In this document: positions 49,399 through 58,735 of the stretch, in pieces
Layout of the letters: each line of letters opens with the position of its first letter
Position numbering within the stretch: the stretch's first letter is position 1
Source: a virus
Virus record (IMG/VR): IMGVR_UViG_3300027313_000002
Span: 1-64,000 of that record
Length of the DNA: 64,000 bases
Direction: 5' to 3' (one strand)
Translations under genes and position numbers: made by a program
The notes under the pieces: model-generated
Databases searched by the model: none
What the model was told of the DNA's origin: nothing
Seen by the model: the letters and a program-made list of their open reading frames with translations, nothing else

Positions 49399-49553
49399 GG
49401 TCTCTCCCCGCCCGGCAGGAGCAAGCCGCCGAGACTGCTTCCGGCGCGCCCGGGTCAGGGGGCGCTGCGGACTGGCGTCCTGCGGGCCAGTCGGTAACGG
49501 AACGAGGCGACCCTAACAGCAGCCGGAGGCGTCTCGCAGGTAAACGCCGCAGG

Positions 49554-49811
49554 TCATGGCGTATCTCGGCGCCCGTCGTACTGCTTCAGGAGCCAGTCCA
49601 CCCCGTTCACCCAGCCCTTTATGTCGCTGCTGGCGCCGCCCTGCTCGGGGAAAAACCGGTGCCACTTCTCCCGGCGCAGCCGCCTGGACCGGCCGATGAT
49701 GACACTGCCCTCAGCGTGCGGGACGCCCAGCCAGATGATGTACCACTCCGCCGGCTTCTTCTTGTCCCCGCGCTCACGGTGGGTGCCGTCGGGGACGAGC
49801 CGCATCCCCAC
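49554..49811 (-). CDS. Hypothetical protein
   Basis: Coupled to the Lsr2 gene. Confidence 0.6.
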   Translation of the reverse strand: MGMRLVPDGTHRERGDKKKPAEWYIIWLGVPHAEGSVIIGRSRRLRREKWHRFFPEQGGASSDIKGWVNGVDWLLKQYDGRRDTP

Positions 49812-50209
49812 TAGGCGCCCTTACCCCGGCTCAGCAGGTGCTCCTGGTACCGCTGCTCCAGCCAGTCCGGGTAGGTGAAGGTGCCTTTCTTGCTGACGAA
49901 CGCGAGCCGCGACGGGTCGCGGGGATTGCGGATGTCCTCCTTCTCCGCCCAGGCCCGCAGCCGCGCCCGGTACACGCGGCGCTCCCGGCTGTTCTGCGCG
50001 CCGGACACGCTGGGCGAGGCGTCCGGCACGTGGCCTGCCTGCAGGTACGGGGCCAGCTTCTTCTCCAGCGCGGCAAAATTCTCGCCGGTCAGCTCCAGCT
50101 CGATCACCTTGCCGACCCAGCCGAGCCTGACCGTACGGTCTGCGCGGACATGACGGCCGGCGGCCAGCTCCAGGTCATCCCACAGCGCGACCTCGATGGT
50201 CTTAGCCAT
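49811..50209 (-). CDS. lsr2: Lsr2-family nucleoid-associated protein
   Basis: MAKTIEVALWDDL...TVRLG...IELELTGEN...LAPYL; RLRAWA; the RGR hook is replaced by KKG. Confidence 0.85.
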   Translation of the reverse strand: MAKTIEVALWDDLELAAGRHVRADRTVRLGWVGKVIELELTGENFAALEKKLAPYLQAGHVPDASPSVSGAQNSRERRVYRARLRAWAEKEDIRNPRDPSRLAFVSKKGTFTYPDWLEQRYQEHLLSRGKGA

Positions 50210-50654
50210 GCCTGAACCTAGCCTGCGGCACCTCCCCGGGCGCCCGGTCCGTGACCCGCGCGGCCTCCAGCACGATGGCCCTGTAGGGGCCGCCGGCCCG
50301 GGCATCGGCGACCACCCGGAACGTGCGCTTGCCGACCCGGCCCAGCTCCTGCGGGACTTTCTTCCACCTCCTGGAGTACCGGTACCGGTAGATCACGTCG
50401 ACGTCATAGGCGCCGCCGGGCAAGGTGACCGACCACCGCTCGACCATGCCGCACTCCAGGCAGGTCTCGATGACCAGGTAGCACCCGTCGACCTGCCGGA
50501 CCGCCTCCACGCCTTTCAGCCGCGAGCCCTTGCGACGGCGCCTGTCCAGTGCGAACGAGTGCCCGGCCGGGCCGCGGCATTCCACCTCCTCGTCGTCCAT
50601 CGAGTCGATGATGCTGGCGAGCCTGGCGTCGTTGTCGGCTGTCACTGCGGTCAT
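50202..50654 (-). CDS. Hypothetical protein (C/H/CxxC, possibly zinc binding)
   Basis: ECRG..GH...CLECG. Confidence 0.65.
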   Translation of the reverse strand: MTAVTADNDARLASIIDSMDDEEVECRGPAGHSFALDRRRRKGSRLKGVEAVRQVDGCYLVIETCLECGMVERWSVTLPGGAYDVDVIYRYRYSRRWKKVPQELGRVGKRTFRVVADARAGGPYRAIVLEAARVTDRAPGEVPQARFRHG

Positions 50655-50725
50655 GGGCCCCACCTCCCGGCACAGGTGAGCTTAACCCGAGACCAGGCCC
50701 GCCCTCAGCCAGAGTCTCCGCAAGG

Positions 50726-51034
50726 TCACCTGCTACTACGAGGATCATCCCTGTCCTCGGTCAGAGTCTGGACGAGACAGCCTGCAAGGTCATAACGGTG
50801 CAGCACCCGCCCGACCCGGACACCTGCCTGCTTCAGCCGGTACTTGCAGTCCTCGCAGGTCAGCTCGATGAGGTTGTCCGGATGCACGTAAGACGGGCGC
50901 CCGCCGGCCAGCCGCAGCTTCAGCAGCAGGCGGCCCGGCCTGCACCGGCCGCTGGGCAGCTGCTCGGGAACAGGGCAGCGGACCTCGACCACAGTCAAGC
51001 TCTCCGGGGCCATGCCCCGGCTGATCGTCACCAT
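50726..51034 (-). CDS. Small zinc-ribbon protein (Com-like)
   Basis: EVRCP...C..GRLL...IELTCEDC. Confidence 0.6.
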   Translation of the reverse strand: MVTISRGMAPESLTVVEVRCPVPEQLPSGRCRPGRLLLKLRLAGGRPSYVHPDNLIELTCEDCKYRLKQAGVRVGRVLHRYDLAGCLVQTLTEDRDDPRSSR

Positions 51035-53362
51035 TTACCCGCGCCTCCACCCGGCAGGCGCGGCCAGCGCGGCGATGCCGGCCTCCTCCGGCTCCCGACG
51101 GCAGCCCATGGCCAGGTCGTACACGGCCGCGCCCGGGCCGGCCACCTCGTCGCGGATACGCCGGAACAGCGCCTCGATGACCACCTGCCAGTCGCACATC
51201 AGCGGGATGGTGCGGGCGGCCAGCTCGGCCTTGCGCCGGGCCTCCTCGCGATGCGTGTAGATGTGCCAGATGACGTCCTTCAGGTGCGGCACCTGGACCC
51301 GGGCGTCATGAGCGGCCCACGGCTTCTGCTCGAAGGTCGGGGCCAGCTCGTAGCCCAGCGGGTAGGCGTAGTCGGCGTTCAGCCACTGCCGGTGGCCGCC
51401 GAAGTCGGTGGCGGCCACCGCCCCGCCCGTGGTCATGAACTCCAGCGCGGGCAGGTTCTTGCCCTCCCCCCTGGACGGCGCCAGCAGCACGTGCCCGGAG
51501 GCGTAGAAGTCCTGCAGCGTGCGGTGGTCGAACGCGTCGACGAACACCTTGATCCGCTGCTCCTCGAAGACCTTGTTCAGCTCGGGGAACAGGTCTCCCG
51601 GCAAGATGGTATGCAGCGCGAAGGTGGCGTTGTCGAAGCCGTCCGGCCATGGGCCCGGCCGCTCGAACTTCAGCTCGTTGAAGGCCTGGATGGCGGTCCA
51701 CGGGCACTTGCGGGCGCCGAGCGCGCCGTGCATGAGGAAGCCGAACCGGCCCAGGCCGTCCCAGTCCCGGGTGAGGAAGTGCCACTCCGAACTGTCGTAG
51801 CCGCCCTGCAGGACGCCGCGGCATACCCGGCGCGGGATGTAGGGCTCCAGCGCGGCCAGGCTCACCTCGTCATAGCCCAGCAGCAGGTCGAACCAGCGCA
51901 GCGCCGACGGCAGCCGGGTGCGGCCCCGGCAGTGCGGGACCAGCCCGGACACGCCCCTGCCGTCCCTGCCCGGGCCGCCGGCAAATTCCCACATCGTGTT
52001 ACCTGTGTAGAAGATGTGACCCTCATGCCGGGCCAGCCAGTTCCCGTGCTTAACCGACGGGCACCAGATCACGCCCTGGTACGTCTCTCGGGTCGGTGAC
52101 CGGGTATTGAGCACCGCCGTGTCCCGGGAAGAGAGGCGCACCGTAGCAAGGTGCGGATGCTGAGTCCTGTGCGGCCGGGACACCGGCTGGCCGGCCAGCA
52201 CGCAGGCAGCCACGAAAGCATCCAAGCGAGGCCCGCGAGCCTGCGAGAAAACCCGCTCGCTCTCGCATTCATGCCCGTCAGCCAGCAGGCTGACCTTAAT
52301 GAACAGCTCCAGCTGAGCTGGCGTAAGCGACAGCAGGAACCTCATCGACGGCACTTTGCCCGGGCAGGCGGCAAGGACCTCCTGAGACACCGGGCGAGAG
52401 ATATTGAAGATGATCATCCCGTCCGGCTTAGGTGGCGCCTCGGTCCAGGTCTGATACCCAGCCCGCTGCCCGAGAGCGCCCCGACCGGATTCACGCATGT
52501 AGCAGGTGTGGCACAGCCCGCGCGCCCGGGTGACCCGGCCGAGGCTGTCTGGCTTAGTGCTACCGCACAAGTCGCATGCCTCGGGCTTCCCGTTCGGCTG
52601 AGCCGGTCCGCACAGAGCCAGCAGCGCCGCGCGGATGCGCTGCGTCTTGGACGGGTTGACGCGCTCATTCTGCCCGATGCGGACAGACTTCCCGCGCTCC
52701 AGCCATCCCTCGGTGTAGGTCCAGGCGACCAGCTCAACGAACGCATCCGTGTACTTGGACTCTTGCGGCAGCTGAGCGCACGGCACGCTGCGGATGATCT
52801 GGTCACCCGCCTTCAAGGCCGCCGACGTCCGCCAGGCCAGGTGCTGCGCCGCGTCCCGGATGAGCCAACGGTGCGACGGGTTAGTCAGCGACTCGTGCCC
52901 GGGCGCCTTCAGGCGCACCATCTCGTGGCACGCATCGCCCGACCGGTAAACATCCCGGATGTCCTGCCATTCAGACAAGCCGGTCGCCGGATTGATCCCG
53001 AGTGCCTGGTCACTGGCCTCGATCTCCTCATGCCAGAGCCAGCCTCGCCTGGTGAAGATTTCCACGTTCTGTGATACGCACCAGGCGACCGCCACCCTGG
53101 TAGCCAGGCGCGCCTCCCTGGTGATGTACAGGTGAGCGGGATCCCAGTGATTGATCAGCAAGTCGAACGGCGGCTTCAGCTCGCGCGTGAACAGGTGCAC
53201 AAGGTCCCGGGGGATGGGCACATCGAGCCAGGTGGGCTGCGGGTACACCTCGCAGCCCCAGCGGTCCAGCCCCCGGATGAGGCCCCAGCCGTCAGTGCCG
53301 TACCCAGAGAACTCGCTAAACGGGCTCTTGACGATGACCTTCAGCGGGCGGTCAGCAGGCAC
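51035..53362 (-). CDS. GT-B (family 4-like) glycosyltransferase containing an intein
   Basis: FSGYG; HVLLAPSRGEGKNLPALEFMTTG; extein junction VAW|TMWE. Confidence 0.9.
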   Translation of the reverse strand: MPADRPLKVIVKSPFSEFSGYGTDGWGLIRGLDRWGCEVYPQPTWLDVPIPRDLVHLFTRELKPPFDLLINHWDPAHLYITREARLATRVAVAWCVSQNVEIFTRRGWLWHEEIEASDQALGINPATGLSEWQDIRDVYRSGDACHEMVRLKAPGHESLTNPSHRWLIRDAAQHLAWRTSAALKAGDQIIRSVPCAQLPQESKYTDAFVELVAWTYTEGWLERGKSVRIGQNERVNPSKTQRIRAALLALCGPAQPNGKPEACDLCGSTKPDSLGRVTRARGLCHTCYMRESGRGALGQRAGYQTWTEAPPKPDGMIIFNISRPVSQEVLAACPGKVPSMRFLLSLTPAQLELFIKVSLLADGHECESERVFSQARGPRLDAFVAACVLAGQPVSRPHRTQHPHLATVRLSSRDTAVLNTRSPTRETYQGVIWCPSVKHGNWLARHEGHIFYTGNTMWEFAGGPGRDGRGVSGLVPHCRGRTRLPSALRWFDLLLGYDEVSLAALEPYIPRRVCRGVLQGGYDSSEWHFLTRDWDGLGRFGFLMHGALGARKCPWTAIQAFNELKFERPGPWPDGFDNATFALHTILPGDLFPELNKVFEEQRIKVFVDAFDHRTLQDFYASGHVLLAPSRGEGKNLPALEFMTTGGAVAATDFGGHRQWLNADYAYPLGYELAPTFEQKPWAAHDARVQVPHLKDVIWHIYTHREEARRKAELAARTIPLMCDWQVVIEALFRRIRDEVAGPGAAVYDLAMGCRREPEEAGIAALAAPAGWRRG
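51998..53080 (-). mobile_element. Intein (361 aa) with LAGLIDADG-like blocks and an inserted zinc finger
   Basis: Starts CVSQNVEIFTRRGW, ends WLARHEGHIFYTGN followed by Thr; LVAWTYTEG and LLADG blocks; CDLC...ARGLCHTCY. Confidence 0.92.
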
Positions 53363-53398
53363 GGCGAATCCCCCATCCCCTCCGGCGCGCGGGATTCC

Positions 53399-53923
53399 CT
53401 ATTCTGCCGCATCGGTCCAGCCCGCAGTGCCCACCCCGTAATACGCGGTGCCCCGCAGCAGCCCGTCGCCGTCCGGCACCGGGATGAACTGGATGTCGGT
53501 GAGCAGGTGGCAGTCGACGGTCACCAGGTCCCCCCACAGCAGGGCGTCCGGGTCCGTACGCTGCAGGCGGAACTGGGCGGCGGCGAACACGGCCAGGCCC
53601 CGGTTGGTGGTCAGCGAGGACGATTCGGTCAGGTTGCGCGAGGCATCGCGCAGCGGGTCGGTCCACACGTCCAGGCGCAGCCGCCGGAACCGCAGCGTGC
53701 CGAGCACCTCGGGCACCGACCAGCCGCCGAAGTCGGCGCACACGATGGCGGAGGCCGAGCTGCCCTCCATGGTCTTGAACACCCCGGTGTTGGTGTCGGC
53801 AAACAGCCACGGCCGCCCGGCGTTGGCCTGGTTGAGGTCGCCGGCCGGGAACGCGCCGAGCAGCGAGGTGACGTCGGGGAACCCGGCCAGGAACTTGACC
53901 GCGCCGCTCGCCACGTCGTCCAT
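53399..53923 (-). CDS. Tail terminator/completion protein
   Basis: Synteny after the head-tail genes; leaderless late promoter. Confidence 0.65.
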   Translation of the reverse strand: MDDVASGAVKFLAGFPDVTSLLGAFPAGDLNQANAGRPWLFADTNTGVFKTMEGSSASAIVCADFGGWSVPEVLGTLRFRRLRLDVWTDPLRDASRNLTESSSLTTNRGLAVFAAAQFRLQRTDPDALLWGDLVTVDCHLLTDIQFIPVPDGDGLLRGTAYYGVGTAGWTDAAE

Positions 53924-54098
53924 GCCCGCCAATATCGGGACAAGCGGCCCGGCCGGCCGGTAACGTGGGAGGCCGCTCAGAGCACCCCTCCGCTGCGCCA
54001 GGCTGCCGGCGCCGGTTAACGCCGGTCCGGGCGCGCCGAGACACTCTCCGCGAAACGGGTAGCGCCGGGCCCTGCTTCATCGGCCAGGGCCCGGCGCG

Positions 54099-54536
54099 CT
54101 AAGATCCGCCACTGTAGGGCCCCAGGCCGCCGCTGGGCGCGTCGCCGCCCTTACCGTCGGTAACCCAGTCCCACAGGGCCTGCCGGACCTCGTGCTCGAA
54201 CTCAGGGCCGCCGGGGTCAAAGAAGTAGTGCATCCCCTCGGGATGATGATGCGGCGTGGTCTTCGGAGTAGGCGCCTGCCCGCGGGCCAGCTCGAAGATG
54301 CCGGGGTCGCGGACGTAGCTCACCTCGCCGCGCCAGGTCCCGAAGCCGAAGTCGGATTCCGGGTGACCGGAGCCCTTCAGCCCCCCGGTGATCACGTGCA
54401 CCCGGGCCTCGCTGACCGCGTAGCAGGCCAGCAGCGCGCTCTCCCACCGCCCGACGGTCGCCGCTCCCGGGCCGCGGGCCAGCCGGGACAGCTCGTCGCC
54501 GGCGCCATTCAGGTCGACCCAGAAGACGACGCCCAT
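54099..54536 (-). CDS. HK97 gp10-like neck/tail-completion protein
   Basis: VHVITGGLKGSG...IFELARG...HYFF pattern and synteny. Confidence 0.65.
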   Translation of the reverse strand: MGVVFWVDLNGAGDELSRLARGPGAATVGRWESALLACYAVSEARVHVITGGLKGSGHPESDFGFGTWRGEVSYVRDPGIFELARGQAPTPKTTPHHHPEGMHYFFDPGGPEFEHEVRQALWDWVTDGKGGDAPSGGLGPYSGGS

Positions 54537-54609
54537 CAGGATGACCCTGGGCCGGGTGCGTGGTCGTCCCCGACCTGTCCATACACCCGGCCCATGAGCA
54601 TTACTACGG

Positions 54610-55101
54610 TCATGGCGGACTACCGGGGAACGGGGTGGGGCTGCCCGGCTGCAGCTGCTGGCTGACCTCGATGACCTGGACCTCGCAGTGGCTGGCGCCG
54701 ACCAGGTCCTGGGCGACGTCGGGGATCTGGCGGATCTCGAAGGTGCCGAAGATGGGCCCGACCACGCACTGCAGCCGGTCCGCGGCCAGCACCAGCGGCA
54801 CCCCGTTCGCGTCGGCGGTCACGCCGAAGTAGCACACCCCCACCCGGTCCGGCGCCCGGCCGGCCACGTAGGCGGGCGGGGCGTCCTTGCCGGGCCGCAG
54901 GAAGGTCAGGTCGATCCGGCACCTCATCAGCCCGGGCTGGTCCAGCAGCGGGTCGACGATGGCAGTGACCCGCTGCCAGGACATGGTCATGCCCCCGCCT
55001 GCCTGCAGGGTCTCGTTGAGCCGCAGCACCTGCACGGTGGAGGTGTAGAACGCTGCCAGCCCCGCCTGGCCCGGCGCGAACGGGACATACGGGCTGCTCA
55101 C
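54610..55101 (-). CDS. Head-closure (stopper) protein
   Basis: Synteny; beta-rich; ends SHCEVQVIE. Confidence 0.65.
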   Translation of the reverse strand: MSSPYVPFAPGQAGLAAFYTSTVQVLRLNETLQAGGGMTMSWQRVTAIVDPLLDQPGLMRCRIDLTFLRPGKDAPPAYVAGRAPDRVGVCYFGVTADANGVPLVLAADRLQCVVGPIFGTFEIRQIPDVAQDLVGASHCEVQVIEVSQQLQPGSPTPFPGSPP

Positions 55102-55517
55102 CGCTCCTCCAGCGGGATTTCCGGCGGCGGCTGGACGCCCTTGGCGGCCAGGGCCGCGCTCATGGCTCCGTAATCTGTCGCCAGATTGGCGTACACCGAG
55201 TAGACGAGCGTGATGAAGATGCCCACAGTCTCCCAGAAGCTGCGATGGAAGAAGAACAGCCAGGCCACAATGGGGAAATTGATGAGCCAGTACAGCACGC
55301 CCCAGCGGTGCACGCTGTACTGGGTGTCCGGGTCAGACTCCAGCCGGGCGATCATGCTCCTGACCGGACGGTTGCGCAGCATCCGCCAGGCCACGTAGAC
55401 CAGGACCGCCCCGGCCGCGCCGAGCAGGACATAGCCCGCGTGCAGCTTGCCGTCCGCGTCGATGACCACGGCAGCTACCAGCAGGCCGAGCAGCAGGTAG
55501 CGCAGCGCAGCCATCAC
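55098..55517 (-). CDS. Four-TM membrane protein
   Basis: Hydrophobic segments; SVYAN motif. Confidence 0.65.
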   Translation of the reverse strand: MMAALRYLLLGLLVAAVVIDADGKLHAGYVLLGAAGAVLVYVAWRMLRNRPVRSMIARLESDPDTQYSVHRWGVLYWLINFPIVAWLFFFHRSFWETVGIFITLVYSVYANLATDYGAMSAALAAKGVQPPPEIPLEER

Positions 55518-55936
55518 GCCCGGAGAATCGGGTCGGTGAACCGCCGGGTCGGGATGCCGCAGCGCTTCTCGGCATAGTCGGCGCAGTGCACCGCGCCGTG
55601 CGAGCCGTGCGAGCCGTGCAGCGGGCAATCCTCCTTCTCGCACGGCCCGATGAAGGCCAGGCACGCGGTGGCACCGAGATCAGCCATGGCCTCGCTGCGC
55701 TCGAAGCCGGCCCGCGGGTTGAACCGGCCGTCCCGGTACCAGTTCCTGACCGGGTGCGGCTCGACCTGGCCGCCCAGGTCCTTCCAGATGCGCTCCAGGT
55801 CCTGGTCGCCCTTCCGGGCATGCCCGGAGACCAGGACGGCGTCCGGGGCCAGCTCGTGCGCCCGGCCGAGCACTCGGCAGGCCAGCGCCCAGTCGTTCCA
55901 GCTGCGGGAGCAGGTGATCAGGATGCGACGGGTCAC
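55514..55936 (-). CDS. SLOG-family (DUF2493/YspA-like) protein
   Basis: RILITCSRSW...LVSGHA.KGD...AGFERS..MADLGA...CLAF...G...C. Confidence 0.8.
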   Translation of the reverse strand: MTRRILITCSRSWNDWALACRVLGRAHELAPDAVLVSGHARKGDQDLERIWKDLGGQVEPHPVRNWYRDGRFNPRAGFERSEAMADLGATACLAFIGPCEKEDCPLHGSHGSHGAVHCADYAEKRCGIPTRRFTDPILRA

Positions 55937-56667
55937 GTCAGGATTCCCTCGCGCTCTAGTACGGCGACCGCCCGCTGGTAGACCCCGGCAGCCTCATCCT
56001 CGGTGAGGAAGGTCCCGAGGTGAATACGCGCGACCCAGCCGGTGCGCCCCTCCCCGTAGCGCAGGTCCTTGATCTTGCTCACGCCCTTGGAACGGCCATC
56101 CCGCCGATCCTTATTGCGGTTCTGCTGTGAGTACGTCGCCCAGCGCACCTTGCCTGGCTCGTAATTGCCGTTTCCGTCCCGGCGGTCAAGGCTCCAGCCA
56201 CGCCCGGGATGCGGCCCTATTTCCGTCTCGACATCCTCGATGAACTGGCGCAGGTCGTGCCAGCGGTCACAGACCTCGATCCCCCGGCCACCGTAGTGCT
56301 CCCACCGGACATTATCCGGGTTCTCGCACCGGCTCAACATGTTGTGCCAGACCGCGTAGAGGGGATGCCCGGATAGCCCGTAGCCTGGCTGCTTAGCGAC
56401 CCAGGCTGCCTTGGCAACCTTGATGGTCTCCCGGCCGATGCGCGCAGACTGCTCCCGCCGCGCGCAGCCACAGGACGTGGTGTTGATCCGGCCTCTGCGC
56501 TCCACCAGAGACAGCAGCGCGGCCTCGTAGTTGCTGCCGCAGTCACAGCGGAGCAAGGCCCCGCGCTTGCCGCCTGTGACCCTGATCTGAGGGTCCAGCA
56601 CCACACCGCGGCCAATACGCTGGCCGACTTCGAAGTTTAGGGTAGGAGGTCTTCCTGTCTTCGGCAT
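55933..56667 (-). CDS. HNH/AP2-type homing endonuclease
   Basis: CDCG...SCGC; W.NM..RC...YGGRGI.VC.RW...SLDR.DGNGNYEPG.VRWAT. Confidence 0.92.
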   Translation of the reverse strand: MPKTGRPPTLNFEVGQRIGRGVVLDPQIRVTGGKRGALLRCDCGSNYEAALLSLVERRGRINTTSCGCARREQSARIGRETIKVAKAAWVAKQPGYGLSGHPLYAVWHNMLSRCENPDNVRWEHYGGRGIEVCDRWHDLRQFIEDVETEIGPHPGRGWSLDRRDGNGNYEPGKVRWATYSQQNRNKDRRDGRSKGVSKIKDLRYGEGRTGWVARIHLGTFLTEDEAAGVYQRAVAVLEREGILT

Positions 56668-56691
56668 AAAGACAGTGTAGCAGCCATTATG

Positions 56692-57273
56692 CTAGAGACC
56701 AGGATCGGAGGGGAAGATTTGCGCGTTGATGTCGAACATCTGCCAGTCGATCTGGTCCCGGTCGCTCGGCCCGGCCATCACCATCCGCTGCTCGCGCTTG
56801 TCCCACACGATGCCCACGCCGTCGTAGCGCTCGCTGTACCGCTCGAACCCCGTGATCTGCCCGTAGAAGACGCCGTTGGCCCGGGTCCGCCTGGCCAGGA
56901 ACCGGACGGCCAGGTCGAACATGTCGACCCCGGTGCGCTCAGCGGTGACTTCCAGCGCCTGGGCGTTGCGGGCCATCTCCTGGATGGGCTTGGAGTAGCT
57001 GTAGGACCCGACCGTCTCGCTCATCAGCGGGTTGGCGAGGACCTGCTGGTAGGGCCAGCGCAGGTACAGGTAGTCGGCCATGGCCATGATGCCGGAGTTG
57101 GCCAGGGTCTGGTCGTCCGGGTTCATCGCGCCGTAGTCAGCCACGCCCAGCTCGGTCAGCGTGGTGAACATGATGGTGGCCTGCAGCAGCGCGCTGTTCA
57201 CGTACGTGGTGTAGCTGACCTCGGCCCGGCCGGTGTACTCGGCCAGCTCGGCGAGGGTGGGCAGCGGCCACAT
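56692..57273 (-). CDS. Head-tail connector/adaptor protein
   Basis: SETVGSYSYS motif; synteny. Confidence 0.8.
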   Translation of the reverse strand: MWPLPTLAELAEYTGRAEVSYTTYVNSALLQATIMFTTLTELGVADYGAMNPDDQTLANSGIMAMADYLYLRWPYQQVLANPLMSETVGSYSYSKPIQEMARNAQALEVTAERTGVDMFDLAVRFLARRTRANGVFYGQITGFERYSERYDGVGIVWDKREQRMVMAGPSDRDQIDWQMFDINAQIFPSDPGL

Positions 57274-57691
57274 ACCTGGTACATCGGCCGGGGAGGGCTG
57301 CGCGCAGCCCGGTTTCCGCCTCAGGGGGCCGGACTCGGGTCAGAGGCCACATAGCAGGGATCGGACTCCGTGATGCGGCCCTCGCCTTCAAGGCCCCGGA
57401 GGCGGGGGCGTAGAGCCACCCTCCCCGGTGAGGAGAACATCGGCCACTACGAGCGGGGCCACCATACGGTGCATGCCCGGCAGAGATGCTGAGCCCCGCC
57501 ATGGCCCGGCGCCAGGGCGCAGCTGTGCTCGCCGCGCGTCTCGGTGCACCGCCGGGTCACGGCCCGGCGCTGGGCTAGCGCGAACTCGATGTCGCGCAGC
57601 CCGTGCTCGGTGAGCCCGATCCGGTAGATCGCCGGATGCTCCCGCAGCTCCAGGGTCAGGTGGCCGCCGTGGTCGGTGACCTGGACGTCCA

Positions 57692-58030
57692 CTACAGCAG
57701 CGTGCTGATGTCGACGGTGGCGCCGAGGCTGGCCGGGATGGGTACCCCGGTCACCGGGGGCGGCGCGGTGGCGTCCGGGACGGCCAGCCTGGTCGTGATG
57801 GTGTAGGTGAACGCCGGGCTCACCGAGTCAGTCGTCGGGATGACCAGCGGCGTCATCACCCCGGCGATCACCTCGCCGGTCGCCGAGCCCTCCAGCAGCG
57901 TGGCCGCGGCCGGGTCGCTGACCGGGCCGGACGGGGTGAAGACGAAGAACCCGTTCAGTGGCTCGCCACCCATGTCCAGCACGTGCTGGCCGGTGACGGT
58001 GATGGTGGTGATGCCGGCCGGGAGGCTCAC
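57692..58030 (-). CDS. Minor virion protein (Ig/BppU-like beta domain)
   Basis: LPAGITTITVTG...G...FTPS...TVDISTL pattern. Confidence 0.55.
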   Translation of the reverse strand: MSLPAGITTITVTGQHVLDMGGEPLNGFFVFTPSGPVSDPAAATLLEGSATGEVIAGVMTPLVIPTTDSVSPAFTYTITTRLAVPDATAPPPVTGVPIPASLGATVDISTLL

Positions 58031-58716
58031 CGGAACGCCGGGGCGGGCACGCCGCGGGCCCGCCTCGCCTCCGCCGCGTCGGCCTGCCGCAGCGCCTCCT
58101 CGCCCGGCCCGGCGATGGTCACCGGGTTGCCGGCGTGGTCGGTGCCGGACAGCTGCTGGAAGCCGCCCTGCTCCTCGGTGTAGGAGCGGCGCCCTGGCCA
58201 CGGCCCGTGCTCGAAGAACTGCCGGCCCCACCGCTCGGCCTGCTGCGCCCGGTTCAGCAGGATCCAGCCCCGGGCCTCCTCCCAGCGCGGGTGATCCGGG
58301 CCGATCTCCAGCTCCTGGCCGCGGTACCACACCTGGCCGAACGCGGTCAGCCCGTCGTCGATGAAGTGGATGAGCACGGCCCTGCCCTCGGTCGGCTGCC
58401 AGGCCTGCGGCTGGGCCTCGAAGCGGGCCGTCTCGGCGACCGCGGCGGCATGCGCCTTATCCCGCTCGGCCAGCTCCTCCGGGCTCAGCTGCGCCGCGGG
58501 CCGCGGCCGGACCCCCTCGGCCCGGACCGCGTCCGGGGCCTGCGCGGTCATGTCCAGGCCGCAGCTCGCGCAGAACCGGGCCCCGGTCACGTTCTGGTGG
58601 CCCAGCGCGCACACCGGGCCGGGCAGGCCCGGCTCTTCCGCCGGGCCGTCCGGCACCAGCTGCCCGGCCGCGGCGGCCGGGTCGACGATAACCTGCTTTC
58701 CGCTCAGTCCTGCCAC
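58027..58716 (-). CDS. Zinc-ribbon-containing phage protein
   Basis: CALGH.N..GARFCASCG; IHFIDDGLTAFGQVWYRGQELE. Confidence 0.7.
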   Translation of the reverse strand: MAGLSGKQVIVDPAAAAGQLVPDGPAEEPGLPGPVCALGHQNVTGARFCASCGLDMTAQAPDAVRAEGVRPRPAAQLSPEELAERDKAHAAAVAETARFEAQPQAWQPTEGRAVLIHFIDDGLTAFGQVWYRGQELEIGPDHPRWEEARGWILLNRAQQAERWGRQFFEHGPWPGRRSYTEEQGGFQQLSGTDHAGNPVTIAGPGEEALRQADAAEARRARGVPAPAFR

Positions 58717-58735
58717 GCCCGGGGAATCGGCCGCC

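Noticed and set aside
49400-49553. c-di-AMP (ydaO) riboswitch upstream of the Rpf gene
   Set aside because: Some hairpins are present but I could not find the conserved GCCGAATCC / GGGTGAATC / CCGTCAGCTAAC segments
50404-50748. A fourth TTA (50683-50685) in a 114-aa ORF
   Set aside because: The ORF is not protein-like and overlaps a better gene that has its own RBS and ATG; the sequence fits a -10 box (TAAGCT) better
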